Source: an uncultured Nitrososphaerales archaeon (GTDB lineage Archaea > Thermoproteota > Nitrososphaeria > Nitrososphaerales > Nitrososphaeraceae). Taken from it: a stretch of 64,000 nt of DNA. The stretch lies in the NCBI GenBank assembly GCA_963841565.1, contig CAWJCY010000011.1, forward strand, positions 36,810-100,809, read 5' to 3'. Of the stretch, positions 34,267 to 43,162 are shown one piece after another. Position 1 is the first letter of the stretch; each line of letters opens with the position of its first letter. The position numbers and the translations under genes were made by a program. Below the pieces are notes generated by a model. The model had not been told where the DNA came from. It searched no databases and saw only the letters and a program-made list of their open reading frames with translations.

Positions 34267-34548
34267 ATGACCAAATCAATAAGGATGAATGTGAAATCAT
34301 TGGCGGTGATAGCTGGAGTAATGCTAGCTATAGTAGGCTCGCTCGCGAGTGTCAACGACGTATCAGCTACAAAATATGAGAGCAGCCAGGCAAGTTCGGG
34401 AGAAAACGAGTGTGGCAACGGAGTCTTACCAGAGTACATAGCCTGTCAAAACCTTGCTGCTCAATTAGAGGGAGATGGCAATGCTATTAACATAATTGCA
34501 GTGCAACCTACAGCAGGTGAAGAAGACGATTGGCAGTTATTACCCTAG
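34267..34548 (+). CDS. Small secreted protein with NxCGNG-x7-CQN motif (paralog A)
   Basis: Signal peptide ending VSA; paralogous to 41718-41960; T-tract downstream. Confidence 0.85.
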   Translation: MTKSIRMNVKSLAVIAGVMLAIVGSLASVNDVSATKYESSQASSGENECGNGVLPEYIACQNLAAQLEGDGNAINIIAVQPTAGEEDDWQLLP

Positions 34549-34739
34549 TGGGTTGAGTGTTGATCGATAAAAACCTAAATCCTTTTTTCATTATTCAAAA
34601 AATGTATTCTCCCAGTTGGGATTGTCAGTTAGCCGATAGTAATTGAGTGAAATAGTGGTTTATGCATACACCCTAGATTGTTCCATAAAAAAATAGGATT
34701 CTGTGATGACATCAAAACAGAACACTTTAGTGCAAGTTC

Positions 34740-36392
34740 GTGATCCTTAAATTTGGGCCGATTATCTTGCCTCCTTTACATGAGGATGATCAGGGAAATT
34801 ACCTAAATGATAAGCATTCGGTTAGGGTAGATAATCCTCTTGCAGGTTCTTTTCCCTGGTGGTTTGAGCTCTACAACAGGATAAAATTATTCACTTGGTG
34901 GCTCAAATACAATATAGGTATTGCCCATCAAGCAGCACTTAAAGACCAAATTATCGAACTTGCCAGTTCTATGGGTCTGCAAGACCGATGGACTGATAGA
35001 ATCGTAAGACACGCTGTATCCGAATTTTCTAAGAAGGGATTAGGACCAGACTACTACGGCTATCACAATATAGATCATGAGCTTGAAGCTACATACTTTG
35101 CATTGCTAGCACTCGATGGACAACTGAGAGCGTCAGTCGCGGAATACAGAAAATTTAATGATAATGACATTAAATATCTTTTCGTCGCTGCTCTTTTTCA
35201 TGACTATGATCCTATGAAATTATCAGATAAGCCGCATGAAGATTCAGTTGAATATTTTCTAAGACATGACAAGAAGATAAAGAAATTCATTGATGAAATT
35301 GATATTAGCCTAGATCTAGTAATCGCGGTAATATATCGTACGACTTACCCTTTCAAAGGGGAGAACGCAGAGCATGCAAAGAAGAGAATGCACGAGTTAT
35401 TTCTGGACGCTGGCTTACCAGAGGATGATATCAGAACAAGAGAACATTATGAATACTTGGGATGGCTTTTATCAGTATGTGAACGAATGGCCGGGTATGC
35501 CCTAGGGGATTATGAACATGCAAGGACACTTGCAAGACGCAATGCTCATGCCCTGGGGTGGCATCCTTCGTTCATTAATGAGGAGTCTGTCAAGTATTTC
35601 AGTACTCTAAAGGAGGAGAAAGAAATGACGCAAGGTGTATTACGTTATTTACCTGAAGAATATAAGAAGAATTTCTACAACAACGTAGAGGCCTTTAGAG
35701 AGGCTTGGGAAGATGAAAACAAGACAAGAAGTTCCATTAGGAGGAAGGAATTGTCGCTAGTATGCAATGTAGAAACGGCCTCTGGAAAGGGCCTCCCCTC
35801 TGAAACGGAAGACGCTATTCTAGGTATATATCAAGAATTGCGTGTGCCATTACAGCTCGATAAGGCTCAATTCGTACGATCACTGCACGATCGCAATACC
35901 ATTCTGATAACCCTCAAGATCATGGAGGGATCAAGTTTCATCACCAGCAACACCAGTAGTAGCAGCAGCGGCGGTTATTATACGAAGATTAGCGCCAAAA
36001 ACGAAGATATTTCCGTTAGCAATAAAATAGTTGGCTATGTGAAAGGGGGACCGTTAGAAAACTACACTCTTAGGAGAGGCACAAATGACGAAAATTTGGG
36101 AGCCCGTAATACCGCGTATATGGAGTGGATCTGCATCAAGCCTGGGTATTGGGGAGAGGCGGGCGGTCACGAACTTAGAACCAACTTTCTACGAGAAGCA
36201 AAAATCAATGGATTTGAATTCGTAACCGGCTATGTACATAGAAGCGTCATAGAGAACAGAATTAAGAGAGGAGAGTCAACACAAATAGTACAAAAGTACG
36301 ATCCCGACAAATTAGATTATTACAGGATCGATTTAAACAAGTTAGTGATAGATATCATGGAACCATCACATCCGCGTTCGACGTCACGATAA
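34740..36392 (+). CDS. HD/phosphodiesterase-like domain fused to GNAT-like domain
   Basis: YHNIDHE...AALFHDYD...HED; C-terminal IVGYVKG...AYMEWICIKPGYWGEAGGHELR...AKINGFEFV. Confidence 0.75.
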   Translation: MILKFGPIILPPLHEDDQGNYLNDKHSVRVDNPLAGSFPWWFELYNRIKLFTWWLKYNIGIAHQAALKDQIIELASSMGLQDRWTDRIVRHAVSEFSKKGLGPDYYGYHNIDHELEATYFALLALDGQLRASVAEYRKFNDNDIKYLFVAALFHDYDPMKLSDKPHEDSVEYFLRHDKKIKKFIDEIDISLDLVIAVIYRTTYPFKGENAEHAKKRMHELFLDAGLPEDDIRTREHYEYLGWLLSVCERMAGYALGDYEHARTLARRNAHALGWHPSFINEESVKYFSTLKEEKEMTQGVLRYLPEEYKKNFYNNVEAFREAWEDENKTRSSIRRKELSLVCNVETASGKGLPSETEDAILGIYQELRVPLQLDKAQFVRSLHDRNTILITLKIMEGSSFITSNTSSSSSGGYYTKISAKNEDISVSNKIVGYVKGGPLENYTLRRGTNDENLGARNTAYMEWICIKPGYWGEAGGHELRTNFLREAKINGFEFVTGYVHRSVIENRIKRGESTQIVQKYDPDKLDYYRIDLNKLVIDIMEPSHPRSTSR

Positions 36393-36586
36393 TCTCTGTA
36401 AAGGATTCTGGCTCTGTAGAGGATCTCGCGACAAATGGTGCATATTGTTATTTAAGTTAACATGACGAGAAATCATCCTCTAATGATTGTGGCCAATTAT
36501 TATTCTGATGGAAAAGAAATTTGATCTGATTTATTCTCCTGAACCTAATTACGGACTGCGTTTTCCAAGCTTTAGCAGCAGTGAAG

Positions 36587-36892
36587 TTACAGCGTTATCA
36601 AATTATCTACAGGTGATATTACAATTACTCCAGAACTTGTTGTACCTGTGCTTCCAGACCCTTTTATTACTGAAATAACCTGATCCAGCTTATCTTCGTC
36701 AACGATAGTTACTATTGTGTTTCGTGTTGAATATCTCATTTTCATGGTCCTGCCTTTGAAGCTCAATTCCCTTTTTTCACCTTTACCCATCCCTTTTGAT
36801 TCGAAAAACGTAGCTTGAAAATTCGACGACTCTAGAGCTGACAGAACTGCGTCTGCCTTTTCCGATGATACATAGGCTTCAACTCTTTTCAT
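36587..36892 (-). CDS. P-II family signal protein, degenerate
   Basis: MKRVEA...KGMGK...IVTIVDE...STG...GVIVISPV aligns to the GlnB fold; several ligand-binding residues altered. Confidence 0.85.
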   Translation of the reverse strand: MKRVEAYVSSEKADAVLSALESSNFQATFFESKGMGKGEKRELSFKGRTMKMRYSTRNTIVTIVDEDKLDQVISVIKGSGSTGTTSSGVIVISPVDNLITL

Positions 36893-37294
36893 GATAATAT
36901 CTACACCACTATCTCACAGCTATAACTTATATTTAATATCTTTTCTTTGTTCGCCTTATCCTATTGATAGCTTTTATCCTAATAACAATAATCTCATACC
37001 TGATTAGTTATAACTAGTTGCCATTCATACCTCGTGGTTCAACAGTTGATTTGGAAGAGTCGTTAGGTGAACAAATTTGTGATGATACAGAATACTGATA
37101 ACTTTCAAGGGTCATAGTAGAATTAATTGAGCCTTGTTGAACCTAGCCGCCGATTACTGTATCGGAAGAGCGGAATTTTCTTGTTGACATCGTCATTCGT
37201 AATGTTGTCCAGCAGTTATAGATGAAATAAGCTTTCAAAATTAGTCTAAGTGTAGTAGGAAAGCGTGCCTAGACATGTTTGGACATCATCTCTA

Positions 37295-37552
37295 CTAACT
37301 AGGCAGACTACCTAACAGATTTGAGAGTTCATTGTATCTTTCCAAGAAGCGCAGACCCTTTTGTGTAGTGTGATAAGTTTGTTCCTCCTTATTATGGGCC
37401 AGCAGAGCAGCATTTAGAGTAAGCGATAGTAGTCCTTTAAGCTGGGACTGAGATAACAATGCGCCATACATCATCTTGGTCTTCAAAACAGGCCCTTCGC
37501 TGGCAACCTGTAACATTTGGGCTATGAGATCGATTTTACTTCTATACTTCAT
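37295..37552 (-). CDS. Archaeal winged-helix DNA-binding protein
   Basis: MKYRSKIDLIAQML...KTKMMY...YHTTQKGLRFL. Confidence 0.88.
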   Translation of the reverse strand: MKYRSKIDLIAQMLQVASEGPVLKTKMMYGALLSQSQLKGLLSLTLNAALLAHNKEEQTYHTTQKGLRFLERYNELSNLLGSLPS

Positions 37553-37866
37553 CGAATATGTAATCTATTACTGAAGCAGGAACGATAAAGATATATCTAT
37601 CGGTAGAATTTTGCTCAACATTCTATCTGGTCGATCCACCTGCCAATACAGAGTGAATTTGTTTCTGAGAGTTCCTAGTTTACAAGATGAGATACCTAGC
37701 TATTTATGCAGAACATCCTCGACATTATTATTAAATACCAAAACTCAAAAATGGTACTTATCCATTGGGCAGGAAAAGGGATAGGAGATACTACCCTCGG
37801 CTCCTCGTCTAAATTTCTCGGGGCAAGACCGCATCTGCTTTGTTTCTTATATTCCCAGTATTCCTA

Positions 37867-38358
37867 TTAATTACTGCCGGTGTTGTCTTCTTCGCCGCCG
37901 TTACCACCACTATCGTCAGCACCATCCTCATCGTTGGTAGAAGGGCCGGAAGCATCTTCACTTCCCGAAGAAGTATCACTGGGAGCTGAACCAGTTGTGG
38001 CTGAACCTGTATTATAGATTGACGCAAAACAATCCCTTATTTGTTGTTCGGAAACAGATCCACCTACCTCAGCGTCAGTAAGGCAAGCCTGAAATTCCTG
38101 GTAATCCTGACTGGCAGAACTACTAGTACCTCCTCCGTCACTAGTACCTCCTCCGTCACTACTACCTCCTCCGTCACTAGTACCTCCTCCGTCACTAGTA
38201 CCTCCTCCGTCACTAGTACCTCCTCCGTCACTAGTACCTCCTCCGTCACTAGTATCAGTCGATGCCGAAAGTGGTGTGAAGGCATACATGCATGCTGGCA
38301 ATATCAAGATCAAAAGCATCATTGTTGTTCTCTGTAGAATCTTAGTTCTCGGTTCCAT
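37867..38358 (-). CDS. Secreted acidic low-complexity protein with (TSDGGG)7 and a two-Cys helical segment
   Basis: Signal peptide, tandem repeat, YQEFQACL...QIRDCFASIY, D/S/G-rich tail; TATA upstream. Confidence 0.8.
   Translation of the reverse strand: MEPRTKILQRTTMMLLILILPACMYAFTPLSASTDTSDGGGTSDGGGTSDGGGTSDGGGTSDGGGSSDGGGTSDGGGTSSSASQDYQEFQACLTDAEVGGSVSEQQIRDCFASIYNTGSATTGSAPSDTSSGSEDASGPSTNDEDGADDSGGNGGEEDNTGSN
38122..38254. repeat. 18-bp tandem repeat x7 (ACTAGTACCTCCTCCGTC)
   Basis: Seven units, one with a single mismatch, plus a 7-bp partial unit; no spacers. Confidence 0.97.
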
Positions 38359-38776
38359 TGCGCATAGTTTAATGGTTATATATATAACAATTGTCGTTTG
38401 AAATTCTTGAAGAAAGAATCAGGATAACTTGACAATAAAATGGACTGCAAATCAGTATCTTTAGTTTTATTGGCTCGCAATTCGAACTCAGGTATTCCGC
38501 CAGCTTCTCTTTCACTCAGACTGCTTATTGGTAACCTTGAATCCTCGGTCATTCAGGAGTCGTTATTTTCGTAGCTAAAAGCGCTTTGTCATCTATTATC
38601 TTCTGGTTTGTTGTAGGCCTGGTTTTGGAATTGAGACAATGTAATTGGTAGTTTGAAGTCACTGATGAGAGCGATATTACCTTGCACTTATCAATTGAAC
38701 AACTGGAGCGAAAGCAAACATAGCATATAAAAAGGTATTCTGAGTTTACATTTCATATTCCTTTAGGAGGCAGTGT

Positions 38777-38962
38777 GTGATAATTATGGAAATAATTCTA
38801 AGGAGTGAGACTGTTGATTACATACTAACTATATGTATAGTCTGGTTGATAATGATAGGATTTTTTCTAATTCTAACCAGAGAAGTGTTGCTACTGATAG
38901 GCGTCGCATTCCCTCTATTAATTATCATACTTTTAAAGAACGGCAAAAACAAGAAAAGCTAA
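38777..38962 (+). CDS. Small two-TM membrane protein
   Basis: Two hydrophobic stretches, basic tail, AGGAGG just before the GTG. Confidence 0.55.
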   Translation: MIIMEIILRSETVDYILTICIVWLIMIGFFLILTREVLLLIGVAFPLLIIILLKNGKNKKS

Positions 38963-39163
38963 GAGTTTACTAGAAGGCTAACCATCAAGGCCATCCTTAA
39001 AATATGTTAGTAATAGGTGATTGATGAAGTCAAGCCACCATTTGTCTGGTAATCAATCCGGTATTCATAAATTCCCTCAGCTGCTACAAGTGCGTGGAAA
39101 TGCATGTGATTTTATTATTCTGGCAAGACAAAACCTTAAACACGTCTGTATCAAAATAATTTC

Positions 39164-40126
39164 ATGTGTAAGACTTCTATTTTGTTGGGAGACGAGCTTG
39201 CAAAATATGGCTTCGGAAATTCTCATCCATTTAACAATAATAGAATGGAGGCATTTTGGAATAAGTTTAAGGAACTGGTTCCAGATAGATCTTTAGTCGA
39301 AGTAGTGGAGCCATCTTCGGCAAGTGAAGAAGATATATTGTCATTTCACGACAAATCATATGTTGATCTAGTAAAACAGTACTCGCAAATTGGTTCAGGA
39401 TATTTAGATGCAGGTGATACTCCTGTATATAAGGGCGTATTTGAAGCGGCCGCAACAGCTGTTGGAGCGAGTTTGAAGGCTTTAGATGCAGTAGTCGAGG
39501 GAACAAATGGGATTAGACATTCCTTTAACCCCATTGGCGGGTTGCATCATGCCTATAGAGGAAATGCATCGGGGTTTTGCGTTTTTAATGATATTGGGAT
39601 TGTGATATTACGTGCCAGGCATAAATATGGTCTAGATAGAGTAGCATACGTGGATATTGATGCACATCATGGCGATGGAGTATATTATGAATTTGAAAGG
39701 GATCCATTAACATTCATCGCCGATGTGCACGAAGATGGCAAATATTTGTTTCCAGGAACAGGATCAAGGGAGGAAAGAGGAAAAGGAGAGGCAGAAGGAA
39801 CAAAACTCAATTTACCACTTGCTCCTGGTTCAACAGATAAGGAGTTTGTAAAATCGTTCAGCGAGGTCGAGAGATTCATAGATGAAGTTGCAAAGCCAGA
39901 TTTGATCATTTTGCAATGTGGGGCCGACTGCATCGAGTCGGATCCCTTAACGCAACTAAAGTATTCTCCTGAATCTCATAAATACGCTTCAGAATCTCTA
40001 CATAAATTAGCGCATAAATATTGTAATGGTAAAATAATTGCGCTAGGTGGAGGTGGTTACAACTTAGACAATATTGGTAATGCATGGACAAACGTAGTAG
40101 TATCCTTTATTCAGAGCATTGAATAA
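39164..40126 (+). CDS. Zn-dependent histone deacetylase/AcuC family protein
   Basis: HPF, GDTP, GGLHHA, SGFCVFND, DIDAHHGDG, QCGAD, GGGGY. Confidence 0.95.
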   Translation: MCKTSILLGDELAKYGFGNSHPFNNNRMEAFWNKFKELVPDRSLVEVVEPSSASEEDILSFHDKSYVDLVKQYSQIGSGYLDAGDTPVYKGVFEAAATAVGASLKALDAVVEGTNGIRHSFNPIGGLHHAYRGNASGFCVFNDIGIVILRARHKYGLDRVAYVDIDAHHGDGVYYEFERDPLTFIADVHEDGKYLFPGTGSREERGKGEAEGTKLNLPLAPGSTDKEFVKSFSEVERFIDEVAKPDLIILQCGADCIESDPLTQLKYSPESHKYASESLHKLAHKYCNGKIIALGGGGYNLDNIGNAWTNVVVSFIQSIE

Positions 40127-40575
40127 GTCATCCTCGTTCCTGCAATGATTTGTACTGACTCACATTTAGGTTAACATGAGTATATTGAAAAAATAATTTG
40201 ACCATGTGATGACCCTAACATACATAGTGAGATAAGGAGAATCGCATGTGAATTTGGATCTTATTGGGGAGGATCGAAAGAATGATGTAGAAATTATGGT
40301 CTTTATAGTAATGCTTTGCATTAATTGTTATTCGTTACTCATGAAAATATTTGGATCTAGGAGCAGAAGGCCATCTGGCTTGGTTTTGATGATCATGACT
40401 AGTCTATCGGATAAAGAATAAGGTAAAAACATCGTTGGCAAGATCGCGTTTAATGACGTAAATCAAGTGGAAGTTACATACGATATTCTATCAACTCAGT
40501 TCGAAATCTGCAAAAAAAATATGGAGGTAATAGTCAATGTGTGTTCCAATTCCAAATAGTTGATTACGTGAACTA

Positions 40576-40951
40576 CTATTCCACGAAATTAAATGATAAA
40601 CTTGAGCTAGGCCAGACCGCATAATTATCGATAGTTGATAAGATCTCATTTAGGTATGTAATTTTTATGTTATATACACCTGATGGGAGTACACTAAACG
40701 AATACATACCTTGTTTATCTGAATTTGTAATTGTAGTATAGCCTCCTTGTTTGTCTACGGAACTAATCAATCCCTATAGAAGCATCTTCAATTGGCTGAC
40801 CACCTTTATCAGTAACCGAGCCGCTCAGCTGACCCCATATCTGACGTTGGTACCCAGTTAAACAACCTAGTGCTACGATCAAGATAGTGCTCAGGAGTTT
40901 GTTAGTGTGATATCCAGCCACATGATTACAATTAGCTGTTGCTAATGTCAC
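40576..40951 (-). pseudogene. Carboxypeptidase-regulatory-like (Ig-fold) secreted protein, frameshifted
   Basis: LSGSVTDKGGQPIEDASI joins GLISSVDK...TNSDKQGMYSFSVLPSGVYNIKI if one base of CCC at 40772-40774 is removed; may be a sequencing error. Confidence 0.65.
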
Positions 40952-41237
40952 CTGGTTTATTCACCTTCTTTGTTGCTGCCAATACCTGCATATTTGAACG
41001 ACCAGCGTTATTACTTGTAGTATGGACGAGTTGTTAATTATGCTATCAGACAGTATTTCTACAAGCTCGCCTTAGTTTTTTAGCAGATGAATCCTATTTA
41101 CAAAAACAGTCGCTTAGAAATAAGGAAGCAATATCATTCACAAACTGAAAAGATTTTTTGATTCTGCGGGATTCGATTATAACAGCCTTATCAAAAAAAA
41201 TAAGGAAGCGCTTTTTACACTTATTCAGTCATATCAC

Positions 41238-41435
41238 TTATGGAGCCGGTGGCGGTGGGGGACTGGTCATGTTGCCGGTCATGTTGCCCATAGTATCATT
41301 CTGTGCATACGCGCTTGAGATTCCTGTTGTGTCAAAGAATCCTGTTGTCGAAAACGCCATTGTTGCACCAACGATTGCCAATGCTGTGAATACGACCAAG
41401 ATCGCTAGGTTTGTTCTTGATGACATGTTCGACAC
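41238..41435 (-). CDS. Small secreted Met/Pro-rich peptide
   Basis: Signal-like region ending AYA|Q, then QNDTMGNMTGNMTSPPPPPAP; TTATATA box upstream. Confidence 0.7.
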   Translation of the reverse strand: MSNMSSRTNLAILVVFTALAIVGATMAFSTTGFFDTTGISSAYAQNDTMGNMTGNMTSPPPPPAP

Positions 41436-41645
41436 TATAGAAACTCAATCGTATATAAGTATTGTCTAACGGCTTCCTATAGAAGAATCAAGTGCCCCAT
41501 TCAGGGCAACAATAACCATAATATCGTATTATCGGAACTTGTTGTCACATATTCCCATGCTTAAAACCAATTTGATGGAAACTTTAGCCCGCCAGTCGAA
41601 ATACGTCTCCTGACAAACTTGAAGCTATTCATCTGACTTAAAATA

Positions 41646-41693
41646 TCTCAGATTTTTCTGAGAATCCAATTCATCCTAATCCAAATAAGCATT
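41646..41693 (+). promoter_or_regulatory. Palindromic operator plus conserved promoter element (copy B)
   Basis: TCTCAGA-TTTT-TCTGAGA, then TAATCCAAATAAGCATT 15 nt after the TCTGA core, 24 nt before ATG 41718. Confidence 0.7.
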
Positions 41694-41717
41694 TCTGGAA
41701 GAAATAATTCGATAACG

Positions 41718-41960
41718 ATGAACAACAAGAGTCTAGCAATTGGAGCAATAGTAGCTGTAGCAGCAATGCTCGTTACGTCTCTAGTGGGAACAAACGTAGT
41801 ATTCGCCGGTGGATATGAGAAGAGTCAAGCAACAGCACAAACAAATTACTGTGGCAATGGTGACATGCCAATGAATGTCGGATGTCAAAATAGTGCTTCA
41901 CAAATCCAAGGCGATGAGAACGCAGTGTATTCAAAATCTGACCAATCCTTCGAGGATTAG
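41718..41960 (+). CDS. Small secreted protein with NxCGNG-x7-CQN motif (paralog B)
   Basis: Signal peptide ending VFA; YEKSQA...NYCGNGDMPMNVGCQNSASQIQGDENA. Confidence 0.85.
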   Translation: MNNKSLAIGAIVAVAAMLVTSLVGTNVVFAGGYEKSQATAQTNYCGNGDMPMNVGCQNSASQIQGDENAVYSKSDQSFED

Positions 41961-42001
41961 TTAGCGGCATAAATACCCCTGACAGCCTCGTCAATCCTAA
42001 C

Positions 42002-42009
42002 TTTTTTTT
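42002..42009 (+). terminator. Oligo-T archaeal terminator candidate
   Basis: T8 tract ~40 nt after the stop of 41718-41960. Confidence 0.5.
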
Positions 42010-42360
42010 CTATTTTGAGGCGATAATCACCGTCATATTCAGTCTACTTTCTAGGTCCTCATTTAACCAAAAAGCTGAATTGAAGCCTATAACCTTCTTA
42101 AATGCAATTTGCAATTATGGTTACACCTAGTTGTAAAGCAGCTGTTGACGGTCCAGGGTTTCGACAGCCCTTACTCTTCTTCTACCGGTCTAAATATCGA
42201 AGTACTAATCATCGGTATTGATACATGATTTGAAGTTTAGAAAGAGTCAAATTTAGAAAAAGATATTTTCTCTACAAAAAGTCCTATTAAACCATTTATC
42301 CTTCTTTTTCAGAACTGAGATAAATCGCCATTCTCCTATTGATACTTAACGTCTTACCAA

Positions 42361-42885
42361 ATGAATCAGCGAATTCGAGTGTTGCTTTCACCGTACGCCA
42401 TGGTAGCAGTGATAGTTTCAAATTTCGTATTTGTATTGTCGTTTTGTTCCAGCAATGCAATTGGCCAAGGTTCAAACTTTGAAGGTATTGAAAGCCTGAA
42501 AGTTTACGATACAGGAGAACTTGTAATTATCCCTTTGGTATTTCTTATCCTTATTGTTCTGCTAATGTGGCTGTTAAGGTCTTTGAAGAATGGAAGGAAG
42601 AGAAGAAGATTGTTCACTGCTCAAACAAAGAGACTAGTCCTGAAGAGTCAAAATTTCAAATGTTTGATTTGTAGGACGAATGTGGGGACCTGGGATTATC
42701 ACCACAAGGATGGAAACAGAGGAAATAACAAACAGTCCAATTGTCAAGCCCTATGTCCTACATGTCACGCCAAAAAAAGCAGAGGCCTAATTAAATGCGA
42801 GACACAAAGCAATAGTAAGAACATCGGTATAGGAGTTGCGGTGGGATTAATACTTATCATGATTTTATTTTCTTATAGCGTATAA
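42361..42885 (+). CDS. Membrane-anchored HNH endonuclease-like protein
   Basis: CLIC...DYHHKDGNRGNN...NCQALCPTCH flanked by three hydrophobic segments. Confidence 0.82.
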   Translation: MNQRIRVLLSPYAMVAVIVSNFVFVLSFCSSNAIGQGSNFEGIESLKVYDTGELVIIPLVFLILIVLLMWLLRSLKNGRKRRRLFTAQTKRLVLKSQNFKCLICRTNVGTWDYHHKDGNRGNNKQSNCQALCPTCHAKKSRGLIKCETQSNSKNIGIGVAVGLILIMILFSYSV

Positions 42886-42942
42886 ATGTCTGTTCTAAAC
42901 GTGAAAGCGTTTATTCCCATGACTCTATTTTTGGGTCCACTA

Positions 42943-42974
42943 CGACTGGTTCTGTTACCGACTGGTTCTGTTAC
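42943..42974. repeat. Perfect 16-bp tandem duplication (CGACTGGTTCTGTTAC x2)
   Basis: Read directly; ~80 bp left of the large duplication. Confidence 0.9.
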
Positions 42975-43162
42975 CTTTAAGGATCCCCTGAATGATCCTT
43001 GAATGAATAGTTTGCATTTCTAATATACACCTCTATAAAGTCAGAGAACAACGGTACAGAATACTTCCTTCCATCCACATATGGAATCTCAATTCTAACA
43101 GGCGATGCAATAGCAACTTTTTTGTAACAATAAACGTATTTATAAGAAATAATCCAGATCGA

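Noticed and set aside
38122-38254. Possible CRISPR array
   Set aside because: Contiguous 18-bp units with no spacers, in frame inside a coding gene, and no cas genes.
40341-40559. Reading frame with one internal TAA (possible readthrough or pseudogene)
   Set aside because: No recognisable protein family, and TAA is not a recoded codon.
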